64,000 nt of DNA from Planctomycetota bacterium (lineage in GTDB: Bacteria; Planctomycetota; PLA2; JAEUHO01): assembly GCA_050248855.1 (NCBI GenBank), contig JBFWRP010000010.1:99008-163007 (forward strand), in the 5' to 3' direction. Position 1 is the first letter of the stretch. Every line of letters starts with the position of its first letter. Below the pieces are notes generated by a model. The model saw only the letters and a program-made list of their open reading frames with translations. It was not told the DNA's origin and ran no database searches. Below are positions 20,921-29,574 of this stretch, piece by piece. The position numbers and the translations under genes are program-made.

Positions 20921-21817
20921 ATGGGCCGCGACGTGGCCAGCCGCTACCGCCGCCTCGCGGCCCTCTACCGCGCCGGCGTCCCCTGGGCGACGGCCGTCGA
21001 CGACGTGCTGGGTGCGGAGGCCGCCACACGTGCCCGGCACGGCGCGCCGGTCCACGCCATCCTCCGCGACGTCTCGCCCCTGGATCGCGCGCTGCTCGAG
21101 GCCGGCGAAGCGACAGGCCAGCTGGAGGCGACACTCGAGCGCCTGGCCGTACGGCACGAGGCGCTGTCGCGCGCGCGCACGTCCAGCCTGTCCACGCTCG
21201 CCTACCCGCTCGTCCTGGCCCACGTGGGCGCCGTGCTGGTCGCGCTACCCGACGTCCTGACGGGCCGCCCGGCGGCCGGCTTGCTGTGGTCCGCATTGCT
21301 GGTCGTCCCGATCTGGCTGCTCGTGGCATTCGTGCGCGGGATCCTCGGGCCGGGCCGGGCGCGGGCACCGGGCGTGACGCCTGGGCTCCACTGGTGGAAC
21401 GCGGGACGCGTGCTGGATGCCGACCACGCCGCGCTGCTCGCACTCGCCGACGCGCACGACGCGGGCCTCTCCTTGGACCGCGCCGCACGCCTGGCCGCCG
21501 AGGCCGGCGTCGGGGGGCGCGTGGCCGGCGACCTGGCGCGGGCCTCGACCTACGTGGCGGCGGGACGACCGCTCGCCACGGCGTGGGACGCGACGCCCCC
21601 TTCGATTCGCGACGAGCTCGTGAGCGGAGAACAAGCCGGCGACCTCGCCGCGGCCTGTCGCCATGGCGCCGCGCGCCTGCACGAAGACGCGCAGGCGTGG
21701 CGTTCGAGGTTCCAGGCCCTGGTGCCCGTGATCGCCCTGCTGGTCGTGGGCGGCGTGATCGCCGTGCGCGTGCTGGGCTACTACGCCAGCATCTACGAGC
21801 AGCTGGGCCGCTTCTGA
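20921..21817 (+). CDS. Type II secretion system F / PilC-family inner-membrane platform protein (divergent)
   Basis: LAALYRAGVP, AGEATGQLEATLERLA, LAYPLVL, a second repeat SGEQAGDL and a C-terminal TM segment. Confidence 0.75.
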   Translation: MGRDVASRYRRLAALYRAGVPWATAVDDVLGAEAATRARHGAPVHAILRDVSPLDRALLEAGEATGQLEATLERLAVRHEALSRARTSSLSTLAYPLVLAHVGAVLVALPDVLTGRPAAGLLWSALLVVPIWLLVAFVRGILGPGRARAPGVTPGLHWWNAGRVLDADHAALLALADAHDAGLSLDRAARLAAEAGVGGRVAGDLARASTYVAAGRPLATAWDATPPSIRDELVSGEQAGDLAAACRHGAARLHEDAQAWRSRFQALVPVIALLVVGGVIAVRVLGYYASIYEQLGRF

Positions 21818-23199
21818 TCCACGAGCTCCGCGAGGTCCAAGCTGGCGCGCCGTGTGGGCTCCGGCTGCACGAGTCGCCGCTGGACCTCGTCGGCCACGAG
21901 GGCCCCCAGCGCAACGCCGATCGCACCGCGAGGCGCGTCGACGGCGCACGCATCCTGCGGGCGCATGCCCACCACGAGCGCTCCGCCGTCGGCGCCCGGA
22001 CCGATGCGGGTCGCGTCGGGCAGCACCACCTCGACGCCTGGACCCGCGCGACGCCGCACCGTCACCCCGGCGGCCGCGAGGTAGCGTGCGGCGGTGCGCG
22101 CCGCCAGCCCGCTCCCCGTCACGACGACCTCCGCGTCGAGCAGGCGCCGCTGGCCCGCCACGCCGACCTCGGGCAACACGACCTGGCGCGCGTAGCGCTC
22201 CACGTCGATGCCACGCGCGACCGCCTGCGGTGGCCCCTCGCGCATGACCTCCACGACGAGATCGACGCCGTCGCCGCGCGCCGTGGACGCGACCACGCGG
22301 TGGCCGGCGGCACGGACGCCGTCGGGGACCGTCGCTGCGCCCTCGGCGCCGAGGCGCAAGCGCAGGCGTGCGCCGCGGGGCGCCGCGTCCAACGCCTCGC
22401 GCGCGCGCAGCAGGTTGAGGGGGCACCGCGTGCTGATCAGGTCGAGCGTGGCCGTGACGGCCTCGAGAGCCGGCGCGTCGGAGGCGCCTACGGCGCCGAT
22501 GTCGCAGGCCGGCCCCGCAGCCAGCGGCCCGGGCGCAACCGCCTCGCCCCCGCACACGGGGCACGCAGGGTCCGGCCGCGCGCCCAGCGTCATCGCGCGC
22601 GAGGACGTGAAGTCGAGCACGTCGTAGGTGGGGCGCCGGAGGTCGCCCGCGGCCAGCCGCAGCGCGAGCAGCGCGGCCAACGCCCCGGTCACGCCGACCA
22701 CGCCGTTCCAGACGCCCAAGTCCGCGCAGCTGCCGCCGTCGCCGTCCAGGCGTCCGAACAGGCAGGCGAGGCACGGCCGGCCGCCTGCGGGCACCGCGAG
22801 ACGCCGACCCTCCGAGCGCAGGCCGGCCGCGTGGGCCAGGGGGCGCCTGGCGTAGACGGCCGCGCGCGAGACCCAGTCCTTCACCCATGCGCCGTCGGTC
22901 GCGTCCACCCAGACGTGGGCCGACGCCCCGAGCCGCGCAAGCCGATGCTCGTCGAACCGGTCCTGCACGCCCTCGGTACGGACGTCGGCCACCGCGGCCA
23001 GGCGCGCGGCCGCCGCGTGCGCCTTCGGCCGACCGACGTCCTCGGGCTCGAACAGCACCTGGCGAGGCAGGTTGGACGGCTCGACGACGTCCGGGTCCAC
23101 GAACGTCACGCGCTCCACGCCTTCCGCGGCCAGCGCCAGACCGGCCGGACAGCCGAGGCCCCCAGCACCGATCACGAGCACGTGGAGATCACCGCTCAT
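21793..23199 (-). CDS. ThiF/MoeB adenylyltransferase - TusA - degenerate ThiF fusion
   Basis: GAGGLG, DPDVVEPSNLPRQ, CLAC, SCADLG and CPVC, then TusA-like LDLISTRCPLNLLRAREAL, then ERYARQVVLPEVGVAGQRRL. Confidence 0.8.
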   Translation of the reverse strand: MSGDLHVLVIGAGGLGCPAGLALAAEGVERVTFVDPDVVEPSNLPRQVLFEPEDVGRPKAHAAAARLAAVADVRTEGVQDRFDEHRLARLGASAHVWVDATDGAWVKDWVSRAAVYARRPLAHAAGLRSEGRRLAVPAGGRPCLACLFGRLDGDGGSCADLGVWNGVVGVTGALAALLALRLAAGDLRRPTYDVLDFTSSRAMTLGARPDPACPVCGGEAVAPGPLAAGPACDIGAVGASDAPALEAVTATLDLISTRCPLNLLRAREALDAAPRGARLRLRLGAEGAATVPDGVRAAGHRVVASTARGDGVDLVVEVMREGPPQAVARGIDVERYARQVVLPEVGVAGQRRLLDAEVVVTGSGLAARTAARYLAAAGVTVRRRAGPGVEVVLPDATRIGPGADGGALVVGMRPQDACAVDAPRGAIGVALGALVADEVQRRLVQPEPTRRASLDLAELVDQKRPSCS

Positions 23200-23855
23200 G
23201 GCCGGCGTCGTCGGGCGAGGAACAGGAGGGCTGCCACGCCCAGCGCCGCGGCGCCCAGACGTCCCAGGCGCAGCGCGGCATCCCGCGGCGTCGGCAGCGT
23301 GACGGTGGAGGCGGCCAGCGGCACGCGGCCGTAGATCTCGCCCTCGTGCAGACGGTCATGCCCCGCCACGCCGTAGGCGAGGGCAACCAGCGGGTCGTGG
23401 GCCAACACCTCGAGCCGCGTCACGCCGCGCGTGTCGGCGGGCTGGCGATCGGCCGCGGCGTCGGCCCAGAGCAGCGCCGTGGAGGCACCGACCACGGCGA
23501 GCAGGCCGAGCCCTCCGGCACCCGCCCACGGCACGCCCACCTGACGCGCCAGCGCACCGCCCCCCAACGCCAGGAGCCCCATGCCGATCGCGAGCAGCGC
23601 GAGGCCCCCCACGCTTGTCGCGCCCAGAGGTCCGCCCACGAGCACGAGCAGGAGCGCGCCGACACCGGTCCCGAGCAGCGCCGGGCGCGTGGGTCGCGCC
23701 CCCGCCCACGCCGTGATCGCCCCCGCCACCAGGAGCCCGGCAGCAAGCGCCTGGAAACAGCCCTGCGCACCCGCCGGTGCCGCGACACGCACGACAAGGG
23801 CTGCGCCCGCGGGAGCGAGCGCACGCAGGCCGAAAGCGACGTGGGCTGCGGTCAG
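23196..23855 (-). CDS. Multi-pass membrane hypothetical protein (start uncertain)
   Basis: Hydrophobic C-terminal part of track ORF 23196..24410. It fills the gap between co-oriented genes, and its stop overlaps the ThiF ATG. Confidence 0.55.
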   Translation of the reverse strand: MTAAHVAFGLRALAPAGAALVVRVAAPAGAQGCFQALAAGLLVAGAITAWAGARPTRPALLGTGVGALLLVLVGGPLGATSVGGLALLAIGMGLLALGGGALARQVGVPWAGAGGLGLLAVVGASTALLWADAAADRQPADTRGVTRLEVLAHDPLVALAYGVAGHDRLHEGEIYGRVPLAASTVTLPTPRDAALRLGRLGAAALGVAALLFLARRRRP

Positions 23856-23862
23856 GCGGCCC

Positions 23863-25158
23863 CTACGGCAGGCGGTTCGTGACGAGGCCGAGCGTCTGCA
23901 TCGCGTAGGCGGTGCCGAGCACCTTCGAGCCCTCGTCCCAGCTGTCGTCGTCGGGGTTGTGCCACGCGCCGTCTTCGGCCTGCAGACCGAGCAGCACGTC
24001 GGCGATCTCCTTGCGCCACGCGTGCGGGCGCCCATCGGCATCGCGCACGGTGAGCGGCTTGCCGGTGACCTTCTCGTACTCGGCCAGCGCGCGCGCGGCC
24101 GTGTACAGGTAGTACAACCAGCCCTTGCGCGACTGCTTCGCGGCGTCCGTCGCGTGCTCGAAGCCGGGGTTGCGCTCCACGGTCCAATGCTCGGACACCC
24201 ACTTGACGACGCGCTCGACGCGCGGGTCACCGGCGGGCACGCCTGCGAAGAGCAGGCACTTGAGGAGCGCGTAGGACATCGAGCCGTAGCTGCGCGGCTC
24301 GTAGCGGCCGTCGCTGCGCTGGACGAGCCCGGCCTTGAAGTCCTTGGTGACGACCCCGGGGTTGTAGAAGCCGCCCCCGTCGTCGGCGGGCACGACCTCG
24401 CGCTCGGCACCGTCGATCTCGACCGTGCCGGTCCAGTCGTTGGTCTCGCTGGAGTTCTGCACGCGGCGCAGGTAGCGCTGCATGCGCGTCCAGACCGGGC
24501 TGTCCGCGGGCACGCCGCCGTCGTCCTTCAAGGCCTGCGCGGCGATCTGCAGGTTGGAGAGATCCGCCGGGGAGCCCGTCACTTCCTGCTTGTACGGAAA
24601 GCCGCCGTAGGACGGATCCGACTCCTCGCCCTGGATCTGGGAGGCGACGAGATACGCGCGCGCCTTCGCCTGGGCCGCGGCGTGCTTGGGGACGCGGGCC
24701 GCGGCGAGCGCTCCGATCGCGGTGCTCGTGTGGTAGTTCCTGTAGATCGGCTTGTCCCAGATCGAGCCGTCTTCCTTCTGCTGGCTCACGAGCCAGTCGA
24801 GCGCCTTCTGGAGCGGCTCGCTGGCGCGCACGGCCTCCTTGTCGAGCGAGGCGACCAAGGCCATCACGGCCATGGCCGTGTAGCCGGTGTCGATCCCACC
24901 GGCCGCGGGGTCGCCGAAGGCGCCGCTCGCGTCCTGCTGCGCCAGGAGGAACCCACGTCCGCGCGCCAGCGCGGCCTGCACGGCGTCGGTGTCGACGCCC
25001 GACGGCGCCGCCAGCTCGGTGCCGCCACCCGCGTCGTCGGCGCCGCCGCCGGCCGGGGGCGCGGGCGGGCCGTCCTTCTTGTCACCGTCGCCGCAGGCGC
25101 CGAGGGGGAGGAGCAGCAGGGCGGCCAGCACGGCGGCCACGGGGAAGAAGCGGGGCAT
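23863..25158 (-). CDS. Prenyltransferase/squalene-cyclase-repeat (alpha-alpha toroid) lipoprotein
   Basis: Lipobox LLLPLGAC, QW-like repeats QQDASGAF, QQKEDGSI and LQAEDGAW, plus ADLSN, SYGSMSYA and YYLYTAARAL. Confidence 0.78.
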   Translation of the reverse strand: MPRFFPVAAVLAALLLLPLGACGDGDKKDGPPAPPAGGGADDAGGGTELAAPSGVDTDAVQAALARGRGFLLAQQDASGAFGDPAAGGIDTGYTAMAVMALVASLDKEAVRASEPLQKALDWLVSQQKEDGSIWDKPIYRNYHTSTAIGALAAARVPKHAAAQAKARAYLVASQIQGEESDPSYGGFPYKQEVTGSPADLSNLQIAAQALKDDGGVPADSPVWTRMQRYLRRVQNSSETNDWTGTVEIDGAEREVVPADDGGGFYNPGVVTKDFKAGLVQRSDGRYEPRSYGSMSYALLKCLLFAGVPAGDPRVERVVKWVSEHWTVERNPGFEHATDAAKQSRKGWLYYLYTAARALAEYEKVTGKPLTVRDADGRPHAWRKEIADVLLGLQAEDGAWHNPDDDSWDEGSKVLGTAYAMQTLGLVTNRLP

Positions 25159-25289
25159 GGGGCTCTCCGGCAGGATGCGCGCTCCCGGGTGGAGCGGGCC
25201 AGGTCCCCCGCAAACGTGGGCCCACGGGGCGGGTTCGTCCAGCGGGGCGGGAGGGCTCCGACCGGGCCGTCTGCCGATAGTCTGCGCCG

Positions 25290-25748
25290 ATGGCGAGGCC
25301 CCGCTGGAGGACCCCCGTGCCGCCGCTCGACCCCCAGGCCCCGGAAGACCGCGGCCGCTTCGACCGCGGCGTGGTCCTGTTCAACGCCGGCGCCTTCTAC
25401 GACGCCCACGAAGACTGGGAAGACCTCTGGCACGAGGCGGAAGGGGCCGAGCGCCTCTGGCTCCAGGGCCTGATCCAGATCGCTGCCGCCTTCGTGCACT
25501 GGTCGCGGGGGTTCCACGCCAGCGGCTTCGCCCGGCTCCTCGAACAGGCTCGCGAGAAGGTGGACGGCTATGCCGGGCGCACGTGGGGCGTCGACTGGCC
25601 GCGCCTGAAGGCCGACCTCGAGCCGTGGTACGCGCACGGCCGCGAGGTCGCCGCCGGCGCCGACCTCAAGGCATCGGGACCCGCGAGCCCGCCGCAGGTC
25701 CATGCGGTCCCCGGATACGAGATCGACCCCCTACCCATCGAGGAGTAG
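25290..25748 (+). CDS. DUF309-family protein
   Basis: LFNAGAFYDAHEDWEDLW ... LQGLIQIAAAFVH. Confidence 0.85.
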   Translation: MARPRWRTPVPPLDPQAPEDRGRFDRGVVLFNAGAFYDAHEDWEDLWHEAEGAERLWLQGLIQIAAAFVHWSRGFHASGFARLLEQAREKVDGYAGRTWGVDWPRLKADLEPWYAHGREVAAGADLKASGPASPPQVHAVPGYEIDPLPIEE

Positions 25749-25815
25749 GGGGTCGACCCAGGCACCCGAGCGGGCGCGAAGCGAAGGGCGGCCGACGGCC
25801 GCCTGGGCTCTAGCC

Positions 25816-26475
25816 TCAGGTGAAGCAGGTGCCGGCCGTCGAGCTGTACGTGCCCGGCGAAGGACGCGGAGCGGCGTACTCGACGCGCACCGGGCGCGGC
25901 GCAGCCACACCCTGGCTCGCGTCCCGCAGCGAGCGGACCGCGCTGCCGAGGCCCGCCCCGGCCGCGGGAGCAGGCGAGGACGTCGCGTACGACGGCGTGC
26001 TTGCGCGGTACGTGCTGTCACGACGGATCCACGGACGACCCGCTTCGTCGTACTCGATGCGGGGGTCGTCCACGCGCACGGTGCGGCTCGGCGTGGCGGC
26101 TGCCACGTACGTCGGCTGGACGTAGCGCGTGGTCGGCACGGCTGCCGTGCGAGCCGGCGCGCTGTAGCCGCGCTCGATCCACACGTTGCCGTTGCGGTCG
26201 ACGTAGCGATGCGCCGTCGGCGCCGGTGCGGCGGCAACCGTGGGGGCCGCGTTCTGCACGTAGCGCGTGTTCGACGCGTAGGACGTCCGGTAGGAGGTGT
26301 AGGTGGTCGGCGCACGGTAGTAGGCGCGACGGGAGTACGTGCGGGCCCGCGTGCGGCTGCTCGGCGTCGAGAAGGCGCCGTGGCCGTGACCGTAGGCGCT
26401 GGCCGGCTCCTGGGCGAACAGGGCGGCCGCGGCGGCAGCGCCGCCGAGGAACAAGAGAGCGCGGATGGTGCGCAT
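25816..26475 (-). CDS. Secreted low-complexity (Tyr/Thr/Ser/Ala/Arg-rich) hypothetical protein
   Basis: GGAGG before ATG 26475, signal-peptide-like MRTIRALLFLGGAAAAAALFAQEPASA, and two YxDxxGxxWI repeats. Confidence 0.6.
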   Translation of the reverse strand: MRTIRALLFLGGAAAAAALFAQEPASAYGHGHGAFSTPSSRTRARTYSRRAYYRAPTTYTSYRTSYASNTRYVQNAAPTVAAAPAPTAHRYVDRNGNVWIERGYSAPARTAAVPTTRYVQPTYVAAATPSRTVRVDDPRIEYDEAGRPWIRRDSTYRASTPSYATSSPAPAAGAGLGSAVRSLRDASQGVAAPRPVRVEYAAPRPSPGTYSSTAGTCFT

Positions 26476-26821
26476 GGAAACCCTCCCGCCGAAGTGACGC
26501 GCCGCGCGGACGAGGCACCCCGGCAAGTTGCATGGTCGGCAGTTCGACCCGGCGACCGAAGCCACCCGGGCCAAAAAACCTTCCGGCCCCCACCGCGGGG
26601 GCCCCTTCGCCTCTCCCTCGAAGGGTCTTCGAGGGCTACGAGCAGCCTACGCCTGTCGACCCACGCTGGCAGCGCTCAATTCCACCGTTGCGATGGGAAA
26701 CGGCCGGCGGACCAAGCCCCGGATGTCACCGCCCCATCCCCGGCCCGCGCGGATCCGGGGCCGGCCGGCGCTTGCGTTCAGCCGCCCCGGCGCTATCGTC
26801 CCGACCCCTGTCATCTGACAC

Positions 26822-26898
26822 GCGGGCGTAGCTCAATTGGATAGAGCACCTGACTACGGATCAGGAGGTTTGGGGTTCGAGTCCCTACGCCCGTACCA
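26822..26898 (+). tRNA. tRNA-Arg (anticodon ACG)
   Basis: Acceptor stem GCGGGCG/CGCCCGT, D-arm GCTCAATTGGATAGAGC, anticodon arm CCTGA-CTACGGA-TCAGG, T-loop GTTCGAGT and encoded CCA. Confidence 0.97.
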
Positions 26899-26916
26899 CC
26901 TTTTGCTTGGCGCCGG

Positions 26917-27222
26917 GGCCCCGGAGCCCCTGGCGCGGTTGGTGGCCGAACGTGGATGGTTGCTCGAGCACGGGACGGCCCCGGAGCCCCTGGCGCGGTT
27001 GGTGGCCGAACGTGGATGGTTGCTCGAGCACGGGGCGGCCCCGGAGCCCCTGGCGCGGCTGGCGGCCGAACGTGGCTGGTTGCTCGAGCACGGGACGGCC
27101 CCGGAGCCCCTGGCGCGGTTGGTGGCCGAACGTGGATGGTTGCTCGAGCACGGGGCGGCCCCGGAGCCCCTGGCGCGGTTGGTGGCCGAACGTGGATGGT
27201 CGCTCGAGCACGGGGCGGCCCC
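26917..27222. repeat. 60-bp tandem repeat, 5 copies plus 6 bp
   Basis: Unit GGCCCCGGAGCCCCTGGCGCGGTTGGTGGCCGAACGTGGATGGTTGCTCGAGCACGGG(A/G)C starts at 26917, 26977, 27037, 27097 and 27157. There are no spacers. Confidence 0.97.
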
Positions 27223-27280
27223 CATGCGCCGGCGGTGATGGGCGCCGGGCGGCGTCCCCCCGTGGGGGCACCATCGGCGC

Positions 27281-28225
27281 GTGATACGGACGTGGTTTCT
27301 CGACGATCCTCGCGCCGCGGCGGTGCAGGGCCTGCCGGATGCCGAGGCGCGGCGCCGCCCCCACTGGGTGGAGGTGGTCGAGCCGGACGCAACCGAGCAG
27401 AGCGAGCTGAAGGCCCAGTACGGCCTGCATGACGTGACGCTCGGGGCTGCTCTTCGCGAGGGGCACCCGCCGCGCCTCCTCGAGAGCGCGCAGCACGTCG
27501 GCGTGATCCTGCAGACGCCGCTGGCGACCACCGCCAAGGGCTTCCGCAAGATCGGCGTGCTGGTGGCCGACGGCTGGGTCCTGACCGTGCTCCGCAAGCC
27601 CCTGGCACCGCTGCAGCACATGTTGCAGCACCTGCGCGCCAGGGCCGCCGAGTCCGGCCTGGCGCCGGGCGACGTGTTCTACGCGCTCCTCGACCAAGCC
27701 ACCCTGGGCTTCGAGGGCTTGGCCGACGCCATCTACGACCGCTCGCTGGCGCTCGAGCGCGCCCTCGACGAGGACGCCCAGAGCGGCTTCTTGAAGGAGC
27801 TGCTCGCGGTCCGCCAGGACCTCCTGCGTCTCAACCGCAGCCTGCGCCGCCAGCGCGACGTGGTCCAGGCGCTCTCCCGCCACGAGCACCCCGTGATCGG
27901 CGAACGGCTGCGCCCGTACCTGCGCGACGTGGCCGACCACATGACGCGCGTATACGAAATGGCCGAGGCGGCGCGCGAGGGAATCCTGGCGCTGCGCGAC
28001 ACGCACCTCTCGCTGGTCAACAACCGCCTCAGCGAGACCATGCGCGTGCTCACGGTGATCGCCACGATCATGATGCCGCTCTCGCTGGTGGCAGGCATCT
28101 ACGGCATGAACGTGGCGGGCCTGCCTGGTGGCGAGAGCCCGTTCGCCATCTGGGCCATCCTCGGCGGCATGCTCGCCCTCGCCAGCGGCATGCTCGTCTG
28201 GTTCCGTCGCCGGCGTTGGGTGTAG
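27281..28225 (+). CDS. corA: CorA-family Mg2+/Co2+ transporter
   Basis: YLRDVADH, NNRLSETMRVLTVIATI, signature YGMN and two C-terminal TM helices. Confidence 0.92.
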   Translation: MIRTWFLDDPRAAAVQGLPDAEARRRPHWVEVVEPDATEQSELKAQYGLHDVTLGAALREGHPPRLLESAQHVGVILQTPLATTAKGFRKIGVLVADGWVLTVLRKPLAPLQHMLQHLRARAAESGLAPGDVFYALLDQATLGFEGLADAIYDRSLALERALDEDAQSGFLKELLAVRQDLLRLNRSLRRQRDVVQALSRHEHPVIGERLRPYLRDVADHMTRVYEMAEAAREGILALRDTHLSLVNNRLSETMRVLTVIATIMMPLSLVAGIYGMNVAGLPGGESPFAIWAILGGMLALASGMLVWFRRRRWV

Positions 28226-28365
28226 CGGATCGCCCGAGCCGCACGAGCCCACCTGGGTCCCCGACCGCTCACGGATTGCTCGGCGTTCGAATCCCTTGCG
28301 TACCCCTGCCGGACGTACCATGCGGCGCTCGACCTGCCTGAGCGGGCAGGCCGCTGGAGCGCTCG

Positions 28366-29574
28366 ATGTCGAAGATCGTCCTGGCCTTCTCCGGGGGGCT
28401 CGACACGACCTTCTGCGTCCTCTGGCTGCGCGAGCAGACCGGCGCGGAGATCGTCACCGTTACCGTGGACACCGGAGGGTTCGCCGAGGGCGAGCTCGAG
28501 GCGATCGCTGCGCGCGCGGCCTCCCTGGGCGTCACCGACCACCGCACGGTGGACGCCCGGGCCGATGTCTTCGACCGCTTCGTCGGCTACCTGATCAAGG
28601 CCAACGGCCTGCGCGGCGGGGTCTACCCCGTGTCGGTCGGCGCCGAGCGCACGGCCCAGGCCGAGGCCGTCGTCCGCGTGGCCCGCGAGGTCGGCGCCAC
28701 CGCCATCGGCCACGGCTCGACCCGCGCGGGGAACGACCAGATCCGCTTCGATGTCGCCATCCGGGCGCTGGCCCCGGAGCTGGCCATCCACGCGCCCATC
28801 CGCGATCTCAACTGGTCGCGTGCGCAGGAGAGCGCGTGGCTCGCCGAGCGCGGCATCCACATCGATGCCAAGACCGTCGACTACTCCATCAACGTCGGCC
28901 TCTTCGGCACCACGATCGGCGGCAAGGAGACCCACGATCCCTGGAAGATGCCGCCGGAGTCCGTCTACGCGATGACGGCGGACCCGGCGACGACGGAGCG
29001 CGAGCCGGAAGAGCTCGTGCTCGGCTTCGACCAGGGTCTGCCGGTATCGCTCGACGGCGAGCGCCTGGCCTCCGTCGACCTCCTGCGCCGCCTCAACGAG
29101 CGCGCGGGCCCCCACGGCATCGGCCGCGGCATCCACCTCGGCGACACGATCCTGGGCGTCAAGGGCCGCCTGGCGTTCGAGGCGCCCGGCCCCCTGCTGC
29201 TGGTCATCGCCCACCGCGAGCTGGAGAAGCTCGTCCAGACGCGCTGGCAGGCCTACTGGCGCCAGACGCTCGGCACCTTCTACGCCAACCTCATGCACGA
29301 GGGCCTCTACTACGACCCCGTCATGCGGGACCTCGAGGCCTTCCTCGACAGCGCCAACGCCCACGTCACGGGCGAGGTGCGCCTCAAGCTCTACCGCGGA
29401 CACGGCGAGGTCGTCGGCGTCCGCAGCCCGAACTCGCTCATGGCACCCGAAGTCGCCGTCTACGGCGAAGGGGCCAAGGGCTGGACCGGCGAGGAGGCGG
29501 CCGGTTTCGCACGCCTCTACGGCCTGGGTGCCGCCCTCGGGCGGCAAATGCAGGAGCGCGCCAGCCGCCCATGA
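28366..29574 (+). CDS. argG: Argininosuccinate synthase
   Basis: LAFSGGLDTT, HGSTRAGNDQIRF, GIHLGDTILGVKGRLAFEAPG and AHRELEK. Confidence 0.95.
   Translation: MSKIVLAFSGGLDTTFCVLWLREQTGAEIVTVTVDTGGFAEGELEAIAARAASLGVTDHRTVDARADVFDRFVGYLIKANGLRGGVYPVSVGAERTAQAEAVVRVAREVGATAIGHGSTRAGNDQIRFDVAIRALAPELAIHAPIRDLNWSRAQESAWLAERGIHIDAKTVDYSINVGLFGTTIGGKETHDPWKMPPESVYAMTADPATTEREPEELVLGFDQGLPVSLDGERLASVDLLRRLNERAGPHGIGRGIHLGDTILGVKGRLAFEAPGPLLLVIAHRELEKLVQTRWQAYWRQTLGTFYANLMHEGLYYDPVMRDLEAFLDSANAHVTGEVRLKLYRGHGEVVGVRSPNSLMAPEVAVYGEGAKGWTGEEAAGFARLYGLGAALGRQMQERASRP

Noticed and set aside
26822..26898. tRNA-anchored genomic island
   Set aside because: There is no adjacent integrase, I found no duplicated tRNA 3' end, and downstream genes are housekeeping.
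26917..27222. CRISPR array
   Set aside because: The units are contiguous near-identical 60-mers with no unique spacers, and there are no cas genes in the window.
26837..27238. 133-aa repeat protein ORF
   Set aside because: Its start lies inside the tRNA gene, and the open frame follows simply from a stop-free 60-bp unit.
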